A DNA stretch of 20,300 nucleotides from a virus (lineage: Duplodnaviria > Heunggongvirae > Uroviricota > Caudoviricetes), in the IMG/VR virus record IMGVR_UViG_2634166457_000006, positions 1 through 20,300 of that record; one strand, 5' to 3'. Under the pieces are notes generated by a model. It was not told where the DNA came from. It made no database searches and was given only the letters and a program-made list of their open reading frames with translations. The stretch's first letter is position 1; the number at the start of each line of letters is the position of its first letter. The position numbers were made by a program, and so were the translations under genes. This document shows, piece by piece, positions 7,387 to 15,696 of the stretch.

Positions 7387-8445
7387 GTGCGGGTATTACT
7401 TCGACCTGTTCTGGTACCGGAGCTCGGGCTGGTGGTCCTTAAGCCAGGTCGTGAATCCATGCAGGTATTTCACAATCCTCGAGTGCTGGTGGAGCCGGAA
7501 CCGAAAAGCATGCGCGGTCTGCCGTCAGGAGTCGTTCCTGCCGTTCGCCAGCCGTTGGCGGAAGATAAATCATTACTGCCATTTTTCAGCGATGAGCGGG
7601 TGATTCGTGCGGCTGGTGGCGCTGGTGCACTGTCTGACTGGTTATTGCGCCATGTTAAATCCTGCCAGTGGCCTCATGGTGATTATCACCACAGCGAAAC
7701 CGTCATTCACCGTTACGGTGCCGGCGCGATGGTGTTGTGCTGGCACTGCGACAACCAGCTGCGCGACCAGACGTCAGATTCACTGGAGCAACTTGCTCAA
7801 CAGAATCTGGCAGCCTGGATGATTGACGTCATTCGGCATGCAATGAATGGTGCACAAGAGCGGGAGCTGTCACTGGCTGAATTATCCTGGTGGGCAACCG
7901 TAAATAACGTAGTGGATGCGCTACCGGAAGCAGTATTACGTCGTTCTCTGGGATTACCGGCGGAAAAAATCCGCTCCTTGTACCGCGAAAGCGACATCAT
8001 ACCGGGAGAGCAGACAGCCACCAGCATACTGAAGCAGCGCACAAAAAATCTTGCGCTACTGCCTCACGCCCACCAGCAACAGAACTCACCACAGGAAAAG
8101 ACGGTGGTCAGCATCGCCGTTGATCCGGAGTCACCGGCTCAGTATCTACAGCGCCAGAAACCACAACGGGAAGAGATGCCTGTATATACGCGCTGGGTAA
8201 AAACGCAGAAATGCATGACGTGCGGTAATCAGGCAGATGATCCGCATCACATCATTGGTCATGGACTGGGAGGGATGGGAACAAAGGCTGATGATTTGTT
8301 TGTTATTCCGCTGTGCCGTAAATGCCATAACGAACTACACGCCGGGATAAAAGATTTTGAAGAAAAACACGGCAGCCAGCTGTTGTTGCTGATTCGTTTT
8401 TTAATGCACGCGAGAAATTCTGGTGTCCTGAAGTGGAAAGCATAA
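7387..8445 (+). CDS. DUF968-like prophage protein with C-terminal Cys/His-rich module
   Basis: C-terminal ...CMTCGN...DPHHIIGHG...IPLCRKCHNELH pattern, and position immediately upstream of rusA as in other lambdoid prophages. GTG 7387 with TGGAGGT SD. Confidence 0.6.
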   Translation: MRVLLRPVLVPELGLVVLKPGRESMQVFHNPRVLVEPEPKSMRGLPSGVVPAVRQPLAEDKSLLPFFSDERVIRAAGGAGALSDWLLRHVKSCQWPHGDYHHSETVIHRYGAGAMVLCWHCDNQLRDQTSDSLEQLAQQNLAAWMIDVIRHAMNGAQERELSLAELSWWATVNNVVDALPEAVLRRSLGLPAEKIRSLYRESDIIPGEQTATSILKQRTKNLALLPHAHQQQNSPQEKTVVSIAVDPESPAQYLQRQKPQREEMPVYTRWVKTQKCMTCGNQADDPHHIIGHGLGGMGTKADDLFVIPLCRKCHNELHAGIKDFEEKHGSQLLLLIRFLMHARNSGVLKWKA

Positions 8446-8826
8446 ATGACTGAACGCATAGAATTTGTTTTGCCTTACCCGCCCACGGTGAACACCTACT
8501 GGCGACGTCGTGGCAGCACATATTTTGTATCAAAAGTCGGTGAGCGTTATCGCCGTGATGTGGCGCTAATTGTTCGCCAGCAGCGACTGAAATTAAGCCT
8601 GTCCGGAAGGCTGGCGATAAAGATTGTTGCAGAGCCGCCGGATAAGCGCCGTCGCGACCTGGATAATATCCTGAAAGCACCTCTGGATGCGCTGACGCAT
8701 GCGGGACTGCTTATCGACGACGAGCAGTTTGATGAAATTAATATTGTGCGCGGTCAGCCTGTATCTGGTGGACGGCTGGGCGTGAAGATTTACCAGATAA
8801 TGCATGAAGGGCAGGCTAAAAAATGA
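8446..8826 (+). CDS. rusA: Holliday-junction resolvase RusA
   Basis: RRRDLDNILKAPLDALTHAGLLIDDEQ...GGRL matches the RusA signature (E. coli RusA [25 protein letters not shown]). Confidence 0.85.
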   Translation: MTERIEFVLPYPPTVNTYWRRRGSTYFVSKVGERYRRDVALIVRQQRLKLSLSGRLAIKIVAEPPDKRRRDLDNILKAPLDALTHAGLLIDDEQFDEINIVRGQPVSGGRLGVKIYQIMHEGQAKK

Positions 8827-9644
8827 AACTGGAAGATTTACCGAAATACTACTCCCCAAAATCCCCCGGCCTGACTGATGCATCTGCCTCAACGTCAAAA
8901 GATGCGCTGAGTATCACTGATGTGATGGCAGCACAGGGCATGACACAGAATCGGGCTGAGATGGGGTTTTCTGCGTTCCTTGGGAAAATGGGCATCAGTA
9001 TGAATGACAGAGAGCGGGCAACAGAACTGCTGACAGAATATGCTCTCTGTCGGTGTGATGGCGTGGCGGCGTTAAGAAAACTTCCGGCAGAAATAAAACC
9101 GGTAGTGATGCGCATTATGGCTTCGTATGCTTTTGAGGATTATGCCCGGAGCGCGGCGAGCAAAAAACAGTGCCCATGCTGTCGCGGAAAAAAATTTATT
9201 GAAAGTGAGGTTTTTACAAACAAGGTGCAGTATCCGGATGGTAAGCCGCCAGTATGGGCAAAGTGTACAAAAGGCGTGTATCCGTCTTACTGGGAAGAAT
9301 GGAAAAAATTCAGGGAGGTGGTAAAAGTTGTCTGTCCGGAGTGTGGAGGGAAGGGAGATGTATCCGCCGCCTGTAAAGATTGTCGTGGGCGTGGCGTCGC
9401 CATTCATCGTGAAGAGTCGGAAAAACAGGGCGTGCCGGTTTTCAGAAACTGCCAGCGTTGTGGTGGACGTGGTTACGAAAGATTACCGTCAACGAAGGCA
9501 TTCAATGCCATATGTAATGTAACCTGCGCCATTTCTCTTGATGCATGGAAAAAAACGGTTAAACGTTTTTACGATACGCTGGTGGTGCAGTTTGATATTG
9601 AAGAGGCATGGGCAGAGCAACAGCTGAAGAGGGTGACCCGATAG
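8823..9644 (+). CDS. Q: Late-gene antiterminator Q (long type with Cys-rich zinc-binding region)
   Basis: Position after rusA and before a pR'-like promoter and tRNAs; multiple CxxC pairs; ATGA overlap with rusA. Confidence 0.7.
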   Translation: MKLEDLPKYYSPKSPGLTDASASTSKDALSITDVMAAQGMTQNRAEMGFSAFLGKMGISMNDRERATELLTEYALCRCDGVAALRKLPAEIKPVVMRIMASYAFEDYARSAASKKQCPCCRGKKFIESEVFTNKVQYPDGKPPVWAKCTKGVYPSYWEEWKKFREVVKVVCPECGGKGDVSAACKDCRGRGVAIHREESEKQGVPVFRNCQRCGGRGYERLPSTKAFNAICNVTCAISLDAWKKTVKRFYDTLVVQFDIEEAWAEQQLKRVTR

Positions 9645-9646
9645 TC

Positions 9647-9677
9647 TTGTTGATTTTTCCCGAATCTGTGGTAAGTT
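9647..9677 (+). promoter_or_regulatory. pR'-like late promoter with extended -10 (TGgTAAGTT) and TTGATT -35-like hexamer
   Basis: Immediately downstream of the Q stop, where lambdoid phages place pR' and qut. Confidence 0.4.
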
Positions 9678-9725
9678 AGCCCTAACGATGGGCGTTTTAT
9701 GCCTGACGTTAAAAGAATTTTTACA

Positions 9726-9750
9726 CCCCGCCGATGAGCGGGTTTCTATT
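9726..9750 (+). terminator. Possible tR'-like terminator (CCCGC-cgatga-GCGGG, U-rich tail)
   Basis: Short hairpin with TTTCTATT tail between the promoter and the tRNAs. Confidence 0.3.
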
Positions 9751-9786
9751 GTGGAATTAATTACGCGTCGTTATTATTCTGCTCCC

Positions 9787-9862
9787 GGCCCTTTAGCTCA
9801 GTGGTGAGAGCGAGCGACTCATAATCGCCAGGTCGCTGGTTCAAATCCAGCAAGGGCCACCA
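9787..9862 (+). tRNA. tRNA with CAT anticodon (Met or lysidine-type Ile2)
   Basis: Manual cloverleaf: acceptor GGCCCTT/AAGGGCC, anticodon loop CTCATAA, T-loop TTCAAAT, encoded CCA. Confidence 0.85.
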
Positions 9863-9867
9863 CCTTA

Positions 9868-9944
9868 CCGCCATTAGCTCATCAGGACAGAGCGCCAGCC
9901 TTCGAAGCTGGCTGCGCGGGGTTCGGGTCCCCGGTGGCGGTCCA
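9868..9944 (+). tRNA. tRNA-Arg (anticodon TCG)
   Basis: Manual cloverleaf: acceptor CCGCCAT/GTGGCGG, anticodon stem CCAGC/GCTGG, loop CTTCGAA, T-loop TTCGGGT, encoded CCA. Confidence 0.75.
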
Positions 9945-9957
9945 TAACCGACACCCT

Positions 9958-10034
9958 GCGTTGTCAGCTCAGCCGGACAGAGCAATTGCCTTCTGAGCAA
10001 TCGGTCACTGGTTCGAATCCAGTACGACGCGCCA
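9958..10034 (+). tRNA. tRNA-Arg (anticodon TCT, reads AGA/AGG)
   Basis: Manual cloverleaf: acceptor GCGTTGT/ACGACGC, anticodon stem ATTGC/GCAAT, loop CTTCTGA, T-loop TTCGAAT, encoded CCA. Confidence 0.85.
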
Positions 10035-10046
10035 TATTCTTTTTGC

Positions 10047-10071
10047 TGGCTCGCTTTTGCGGGCCTTTTTT
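10047..10071 (+). terminator. Rho-independent terminator downstream of the tRNA cluster
   Basis: GGCTCGC-tttt-GCGGGCC hairpin followed by T6. Confidence 0.55.
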
Positions 10072-10203
10072 GTCTCCGCGCCACGCCCGGCGCATATCAA
10101 CCACAGAGCCTTTCGGGGGTGAGTTTACGGAGTGGTCAGTGTGACTTTCTCTGTGGGCAGATCGCTCCCGGGCGTTGGCTCACCCACCCAAAGGAATGTC
10201 ACG

Positions 10204-10629
10204 ATGTTTGGTATTTTCAAAAAGAAAACACGCAAGGCCATCACTGAAGTAAAGAAGATGGAGAACCGCGACGCGGTGGAGGCGACCGTCTGGGGCGCAT
10301 ATTCCATTGCATACGCCGACGGCACCTGCGACGCGAAAGAAATCGCGGTACTGGAGAAAACCATTGCTGCACTTCCTGCTTTTGCGCCGTTCTCCGGTGA
10401 GATTGCCCAGATGAGCGCCAATATCCGCGCCCGTTATGAAGCGTCACCGCGTAGCGCGAATGCTCAGGCGTTGCGTGAACTGGCTGACGTGGCAGGAACA
10501 GCAGAAGCGGTTGATGTGCTGTGCCTGTGTCTGGATATCGCAGACCAGGATGGCATTGGTCCGGATGAAGAAGCGCAACTCAAGAAAATTGCGCAGGCGC
10601 TGCAGTTGCCGCTGGAGCAGTACCTGTGA
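10204..10629 (+). CDS. TerB-like (tellurite-resistance-family) domain protein, 141 aa
   Basis: ATG 10204 with AAAGGAA SD; helical pattern with YADGTCDAKE...DQDGIGPDEE resembles the TerB fold as recalled. The ORF-track start 10132 has no SD. Confidence 0.55.
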   Translation: MFGIFKKKTRKAITEVKKMENRDAVEATVWGAYSIAYADGTCDAKEIAVLEKTIAALPAFAPFSGEIAQMSANIRARYEASPRSANAQALRELADVAGTAEAVDVLCLCLDIADQDGIGPDEEAQLKKIAQALQLPLEQYL

Positions 10630-10778
10630 AAAGTGCGCGCCTTGTGCTGGCTGCCATCCTGCTGTTTCTGGTCGTGGCGGTGGACTTCACCAGCAGGATA
10701 ATGTCGGTGCTGGCGGATGGAGCGCTGGTCTGTGGCATTGTGATATTGCTGTGGCCGGTGATGAAAGAAACAGACTGA
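10626..10778 (+). CDS. Putative small membrane protein, 50 aa, two hydrophobic segments
   Basis: GTG 10626 overlaps the TerB-like stop (GTGA) with GGAGCAG upstream; product VKSARLVLAAILLFLVVAVDF...GIVILLWPVM. Below the ORF-track cutoff. Confidence 0.3.
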   Translation: MKSARLVLAAILLFLVVAVDFTSRIMSVLADGALVCGIVILLWPVMKETD

Positions 10779-10992
10779 ATAATGCTTGATTTTTTTATTT
10801 GCTGTTTATTAAAAATACTGCTGCATGGTGAATCCCCCTGAGCGGAGGGGCAATCAGCAAGAAGGAATATGGGATAATCGCGGATTCAGGTGCTGATACT
10901 GAATTCACCGGGAGGCACCCGGCACCATGCACTGCCACAAAAGTGTTATTTCTGTTTTTTCTCAGGCTATCATTGTTATCCCTTTATTTCCG

Positions 10993-11018
10993 GCTGCGCA
11001 TGGCGCGGCCTTTTTTTT
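10993..11018 (+). terminator. Rho-independent terminator
   Basis: GCTGCGC-atg-GCGCGGC hairpin followed by T8. Confidence 0.55.
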
Positions 11019-11104
11019 ACGGCCTGCCACTGGCAGATGGTCATCCTGTGATTTGATTCCGGTTCCGCCTTTTTAACTCTGTTCCTGTACACGGGAGAAA
11101 TTCG

Positions 11105-11989
11105 ATGTCGATTAAACATTACGATGTTGTCAGGGCCGCATCGCCGTCAGACCTTGCGGAAAAGCTGACACAAAAACTGAAAGAAGGCTGGCAGCCGTTT
11201 GGTGGCCCGGTGGCCATAACCCCTTATACCCTGATGCAGGCGGTGACGGCAGAAGGTGATGTGGAGGATGACGTCAGTGGCCCGTCCGGCGGTGAGGGGG
11301 CAGGCTCTGGTGGAGCGGATACCTGTGACACCGCAACCGAAACCGTGCTGTTTTACCGGGCGGCTGATGGCTGGCCTGCAGACCTTGGCTGGACACGGAC
11401 GAACGGAGCCGCAGAGTTCACTGACGACACCGGAGCAGAAAGCGGGAAGGCCCTGCGCATAAGCAAGGATTCAGATGCGGGTGTTTCATGGACGTTAACG
11501 AAAGAGATGCCATCACCGGCTGACCTCCTGACCCGTGGTGGTGTGGTCAGCTGCCGCTTTAAACTGGAAGGCGACCTTGTGGCGAACCAGTACGCGTTTG
11601 CCCTGTACCTTCGTGTCCCGGCAGCCTCATTGCCTGAGGGTGTGACGCTGGCAGAAAGTGGTGGCGCGAACAGCAATCCCTGCCTGCTGGCGTTCTTCAT
11701 ACGGACCGATGCGACCAGAACCAATTTGTATTTCCGCAAACAGAATGACGTCAGTGTCGGGACATATGGTGCCTTTGACAATGAATGGCACACGCTGGAG
11801 CTTCAGTTTGCCGGAAACAGCAGTATTGATGTGACGCCGGTACTTGACGGTACGGCCGGAATGCCGTTCACGCTGACGAAGTCGGCAGTGAATGTTCCGG
11901 AGAATACGTTCACTGTGACAGACACTGCGTCAGCTGCAACTTACAGCACACTGTTTGAGTACGTGACGGTGGAGGTGAATGCAGCGTGA
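11105..11989 (+). CDS. DUF1737-like N-terminal domain protein with a C-terminal beta-rich domain, 294 aa
   Basis: N-terminus MSIKHYDVVRAASPSDLAEKLTQKLKEGWQPFGGP fits the DUF1737 pattern seen in prophage late-region proteins; Gly/acidic linker; C-terminal 200 aa unassigned. GGGAGAAA SD. Confidence 0.55.
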   Translation: MSIKHYDVVRAASPSDLAEKLTQKLKEGWQPFGGPVAITPYTLMQAVTAEGDVEDDVSGPSGGEGAGSGGADTCDTATETVLFYRAADGWPADLGWTRTNGAAEFTDDTGAESGKALRISKDSDAGVSWTLTKEMPSPADLLTRGGVVSCRFKLEGDLVANQYAFALYLRVPAASLPEGVTLAESGGANSNPCLLAFFIRTDATRTNLYFRKQNDVSVGTYGAFDNEWHTLELQFAGNSSIDVTPVLDGTAGMPFTLTKSAVNVPENTFTVTDTASAATYSTLFEYVTVEVNAA

Positions 11990-12023
11990 GCAGAAGCAGA
12001 TGATGCCGTGATGGCAGCAGCAT

Positions 12024-12049
12024 GGCCGCATTAATCGGCCTTTTTTATT
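12024..12049 (+). terminator. Rho-independent terminator
   Basis: GGCCG-cattaat-CGGCC hairpin followed by TTTTTTATT. Confidence 0.55.
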
Positions 12050-12070
12050 GACCGCCCGCAGGGGAGGTGG

Positions 12071-12295
12071 ATGGTGAGAGTGAACAATATATCAGATATC
12101 GCAACGGGGGTTTCTTACACCACCTCCTCGGTCAGTGGTGGTTACTGGCTGCTCCAGTTGCTGGATGCGGTGAGCCCGTCCCAGTGGGCCGGGATTGGTG
12201 TCCTGGCGAGTGTGTTTCTGGGGGTGCTGACGTACCTGACGAATCTGTATTTCAGGATTAAAGAGGACCGTCGTAAGGCGGCGCGGGGAGAGTAG
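12071..12295 (+). CDS. S: Class II holin, phage 21 S21-like
   Basis: [50 protein letters not shown] is near-identical in pattern to S21 as recalled; strong GGGGAGGTGG SD. Confidence 0.8.
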   Translation: MVRVNNISDIATGVSYTTSSVSGGYWLLQLLDAVSPSQWAGIGVLASVFLGVLTYLTNLYFRIKEDRRKAARGE

Positions 12296-12550
12296 TCGAT
12301 GAATAAAAAATACGAACTGGTTGTAAAATGAATATTTCTAACTGAAAAAACGTTCCCTGAGGTGAGAAAAGGTCACAGGCAATCAATAACAGGACGTGAT
12401 GAAAGGTCCTTGCCTTTGTATGCTTTCTCTTTAGATAGCAGCAGATACTGAAAATTTGAGTTGTCGGGGAGTCAGGGGCACAGCTGCGCAAGAGGCGGTC
12501 ATTGTGATTCCATTGATATCCTGTATGCCATGAAGGGCAGGATTTTATGG

Positions 12551-12865
12551 CTACCTGAGCTTTGGTGATAGTAAGTTGAAAATTCGCATTTTTTGCTGAC
12601 ATGCGTAACGAGAATCCCATAAGCAGGGAGGACTTAATTCTTCATTAACCCATGCGTTGATATTATGTTTCAGCCGTTGAAGCATCAGCGGTGTTAATGT
12701 TGTGGTAATAATATCCAGCGTTTTATGTGAGAGTTTACCGTAAGGGTCTGCAAGAATGCTGCTCGTTGCTTCGTTATTGTCCGCCATCTGAAGAAGTAAC
12801 TCTGATTTAACGTTTTCTGTCATGAGTTGTAAAAATCTTCTGCGCAAACTTTCTTTACTGTTCAT
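12551..12865 (-). CDS. Hypothetical protein, 104 aa, reverse-oriented insert between holin and endolysin
   Basis: Only sizeable minus-strand ORF in an AT-rich stretch between two + strand lysis genes; weak SD; no family recognised. Confidence 0.4.
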   Translation of the reverse strand: MNSKESLRRRFLQLMTENVKSELLLQMADNNEATSSILADPYGKLSHKTLDIITTTLTPLMLQRLKHNINAWVNEELSPPCLWDSRYACQQKMRIFNLLSPKLR

Positions 12866-12982
12866 TTATAAGGCTTCATTTGTTGTTATCTGCTGTGTCT
12901 CAAGGGATATGTTTACGAGACCTGCCATGAGTGTTGGATTATATACCTAACATATCAAGAGATTAGAAAACGATAAATCCCC

Positions 12983-13516
12983 ATGAACGGAAAAATCAGA
13001 TACGGCCTGTCGGCTGCCGTTCTGGCGCTGATTGGCGCAGGTGCTTCTGCACCTGTAATTCTCGATCAGTTTCTGGATGAAAAAGAAGGTAACCACACCA
13101 CAGCATACCGTGATGGTGCGGGTATCTGGACCATCTGCCGCGGTGCCATTCTGGTGGATGGTAAACCTGTCTTCCCCGGCATGAAGCTGACGAAGGAAAA
13201 ATGCGCGCAGGTTAATGCCATCGAACGAGATAAGGCGCTGGCGTGGGTGGAGCGCAATATTAAAGTACCACTGACCGAACCCCAGAAAGCGGGTATCGCG
13301 TCATTCTGTCCGTATAACATTGGCCCCGGTAAGTGTTTTCCGTCGACGTTTTATAAACGGATTAATGCCGGAGATCGAAAAGGAGCCTGTGAGGCGATTC
13401 GCTGGTGGATTAAGGATGGTGGGCGCGATTGCCGCATACGTTCAAATAACTGCTATGGACAGGTTATTCGTCGTGACCAGGAAAGCGCATTAGCCTGTTG
13501 GGGGATAGATCAGTGA
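12983..13516 (+). CDS. R: SAR endolysin (T4-type lysozyme with N-terminal signal-anchor-release domain)
   Basis: N-terminal [22 protein letters not shown]-like segment followed by an E...D...T catalytic spacing ([20 protein letters not shown]), as in phage 21 R21. Confidence 0.85.
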   Translation: MNGKIRYGLSAAVLALIGAGASAPVILDQFLDEKEGNHTTAYRDGAGIWTICRGAILVDGKPVFPGMKLTKEKCAQVNAIERDKALAWVERNIKVPLTEPQKAGIASFCPYNIGPGKCFPSTFYKRINAGDRKGACEAIRWWIKDGGRDCRIRSNNCYGQVIRRDQESALACWGIDQ

Positions 13517-13980
13517 GCAGAGTCGCCGCGATTATTTATGCTCTGGTTATCTGCATCATCGTCTGCCTGTCGTGGGCGGTCAATCATTACCGTGATAACG
13601 CCATCGCCTACAAAGAACAGCGTAATAAAAAAGTCAGTGAGCTGAAGCAGGTGATCGCCACCATCGCTGACATGCAGCAGCGTCAGCGTGATGTTGCTGC
13701 GCTCGATGCAAAGTACTCGAGAGAATTAGCCAATGCGAAAGCTGAAAATGAAACTCTGCGCGCTGATGTTGCCGCTGGTCGTAAGCGCCTGCGGGTCAAT
13801 GCCAGTTGCTCCGCAGCCGTGCGTGAAGCCACCGGACCCACCAGCGTGGATAATGCAGCCGTCCCCAGACTGGCAGACACCGCTGAACGGGATTATTTCA
13901 CCCTCAGAGAACGGTTGATGACGATGCAGAAGCAACTGGAAGGGGCACAGGAATATATCCGTACCCAGTGCATTCGGTGA
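13513..13980 (+). CDS. Rz: Spanin, inner-membrane subunit Rz
   Basis: (V)[30 protein letters not shown]... closely matches lambda Rz; GTG start overlapping the endolysin stop (the ORF-track start 13498 is TTG). Confidence 0.8.
   Translation: MSRVAAIIYALVICIIVCLSWAVNHYRDNAIAYKEQRNKKVSELKQVIATIADMQQRQRDVAALDAKYSRELANAKAENETLRADVAAGRKRLRVNASCSAAVREATGPTSVDNAAVPRLADTAERDYFTLRERLMTMQKQLEGAQEYIRTQCIR
13733..13918 (+). CDS. Rz1: Spanin, outer-membrane lipoprotein Rz1, embedded in the +1 frame of Rz
   Basis: [20 protein letters not shown] lipobox and proline-rich [14 protein letters not shown]...[13 protein letters not shown] matching lambda Rz1. Confidence 0.75.
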   Translation: MRKLKMKLCALMLPLVVSACGSMPVAPQPCVKPPDPPAWIMQPSPDWQTPLNGIISPSENG

Positions 13981-14453
13981 TATTTTATTATAGGAATGTT
14001 ACTGATAACGTTAAAATAATTTAACGGAAAAGTCAGTTCCGGACTTTATAGTGTGCTCACATCCTGGCCAAAAACGATTTCTGTGATAAATATTTTGAAT
14101 ATTATTTACAGGCAAATGAAGTGGATAGCATGGATGAAAATATTACAACAGGGTATGAAGCATATGCCCATATTGTATGGACAGAGAAAGCAAAAGCACT
14201 GTACTTCCTTGTGTTGCCACGATACCTGACTGAGATATGATTTTTTTGGTTTTGAGTATATATTTAGCGTTTTTAGTTCAGTAATGGCTTATTCAACAAA
14301 AAACAATAAATAAGGTAATTGTTTTTTTCATTCATTGTTTAAATTGATTTCAGTGTCTCATTTTGCTGTTTTACTATCTATTATTTTTTATTATTATCTT
14401 GTTAAGGGAAGATAAATTCAGGATTGTAGTCAGTAGATAATCGGAGGTCACTT

Positions 14454-14768
14454 ATGCTACATGATCACCTGGCAGAATGTCTGGAGAAAAAAGGATTGTA
14501 CCGGAGAGCAGCTGAACGATGGGCAAAAGTGATGGTACAGCTAAGTGATGACCAGAAAAGGAAAGTAGCGGCACAGAAACGAGCAGAGTGTTTGCGTAAG
14601 GCGCGCCGGACTCCGGTTTCACCGGTGAACCTGACAGAAATAAAACAAGCGGTCAACAGACTACATTCTGAGTTGGGAATGGGATTTGAAGAGCGGCGGG
14701 TATTCCGACGATATAAAGGGACAGGAGAACAGAATACGTCCGGAAACGCGCGGTCAAAAAAATGCTAA
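14454..14768 (+). CDS. PerC-family transcriptional regulator-like protein (Pch-like), 104 aa
   Basis: N-terminal LEKKGLYRRAAERWAKVM resembles the PerC/Pch signature as recalled; strong GGAGGT SD; preceded by about 470 bp of AT-rich non-coding DNA. Confidence 0.5.
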   Translation: MLHDHLAECLEKKGLYRRAAERWAKVMVQLSDDQKRKVAAQKRAECLRKARRTPVSPVNLTEIKQAVNRLHSELGMGFEERRVFRRYKGTGEQNTSGNARSKKC

Positions 14769-14804
14769 AAAATATCTGAGAGAGTTATTGCCTGTCACCA
14801 TAAG

Positions 14805-14833
14805 AAAAAGCGACTTTAGTGGTCGCTTTTTGT
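14805..14833. terminator. Rho-independent terminator between convergent genes, possibly bidirectional
   Basis: GCGAC-tttagtg-GTCGC hairpin flanked by an A-run upstream and T-run downstream. Confidence 0.6.
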
Positions 14834-14849
14834 GTCATATATAAGCCGT

Positions 14850-15074
14850 TTAAGTAAACCTGTCTGAACAGGTGCTCTGGTCGTGTTTGTCTTTGTTGGG
14901 TACAAATTGAGAATGTTTTTCATTCATTAGTCTTCTTCTGCAGGCTTCAATAACCCACGCTGAAAAATTTCCTGAACCTTTCTGGTCAAGAGCGATGTTA
15001 ATTTGTTCAATCATCTGGTTTGGAAATCGGATGTTGCGGGTTGTTGTTCTGCAGGCCCGGTTTTTCGATGACAT
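14850..15074 (-). CDS. Ribbon-helix-helix-like DNA-binding protein, 74 aa
   Basis: NIRFPNQMIEQINIALDQKGSGNFSAWVIEACRRRL has a strand-helix-loop-helix pattern; good minus-strand SD (AAGGAA, 7 nt). Confidence 0.5.
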   Translation of the reverse strand: MSSKNRACRTTTRNIRFPNQMIEQINIALDQKGSGNFSAWVIEACRRRLMNEKHSQFVPNKDKHDQSTCSDRFT

Positions 15075-15115
15075 TTTATTTCCTTTAATAATGTGCCATA
15101 TGACGGGGATTTTAC

Positions 15116-15481
15116 ATGGCTGAGCTTCGTACTCTTCAGGGCAGAATCAAAACACTGAATACCCGACGGGTGAATATCCTGAAGGGTGAACAGCGTCGTG
15201 TCAGTGGCAGTGCCCGGGTTTCCCTCAAACGTCGTATCTGGCTGAGGGATGCCGGACACTGTTGTCTCTGTGGACGCGTGGTTGACCTTTGTGACAGTGA
15301 ACTCGATCACCGCATTGCACTTCAGTTCGGTGGTGGTAATGAGGAGACGAATCTCTGGACGCTCTGTACCGAATGCCATCGCCAGAAGTCAGCCAGTGAA
15401 GTGGCGAGTGGTATGCCGGACCCGACGTTGCCGGAGGTGTCCGCAGGTAGTGTCAGGGCGGACGACATCACCGGACTGTAA
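15116..15481 (+). CDS. HNH endonuclease (terminase-associated type)
   Basis: CCLCGR...DHRIALQFGG...NLWTLCTECHRQK HNH/zinc motif, located just upstream of a cos-like region and terminase. Confidence 0.75.
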   Translation: MAELRTLQGRIKTLNTRRVNILKGEQRRVSGSARVSLKRRIWLRDAGHCCLCGRVVDLCDSELDHRIALQFGGGNEETNLWTLCTECHRQKSASEVASGMPDPTLPEVSAGSVRADDITGL

Positions 15482-15571
15482 CCCGACCCGGGGGGGTATC
15501 ATCCGGCGTGAAAAATGATCGCACCGGACACCGCCCCCCGTCTCACGCAGAGAAAAAATTCCCGTTTCAGG

Positions 15572-15696
15572 CCAGTTAACATGTTAACTGGCTGTCCGGG
15601 CATTTTTGTTATTTTTATCTTTATTATTCAGTTTGTTGCGTGGGAAAAATGTTAACCGGCTTTTTCAGCAAATGTTAACCAGGCAGCAGTTAACAT
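15572..15696. repeat. cos-proximal repeat cluster: 20-bp perfect palindrome CCAGTTAACATGTTAACTGG plus further ATGTTAAC(C) copies in both orientations
   Basis: Palindrome at 15572-15591; additional copies at about 15649-15657, 15672-15680 and inverted at 15689-15696; lies between the HNH and terminase small-subunit genes. Confidence 0.4.

Noticed and set aside
10045-10203. Possible stx genes or stx promoter downstream of the tRNAs
   Set aside because: No ORF with an A- or B-subunit-like signal peptide and size in this region; the slot holds other cargo.
10436-10789. 117-aa + strand ORF overlapping the TerB-like gene and the membrane peptide
   Set aside because: Arg/Cys-rich off-frame translation; no SD.
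11256-11793. Overlapping ORFs on both strands inside the DUF1737-domain gene
   Set aside because: Embedded in a longer, coherent ORF with a good start context; low-complexity products.
12258-12620. 120-aa minus-strand ORF spanning the holin 3' end and the AT-rich insert
   Set aside because: Overlaps the holin gene and the 3' end of the 104-aa minus-strand ORF; no start context; less plausible than the 12551-12865 ORF.
14116-14229. 37-aa ORF in the AT-rich leader upstream of the PerC-like gene
   Set aside because: No SD and AT-rich low-complexity sequence; more likely promoter or silencing DNA than coding.
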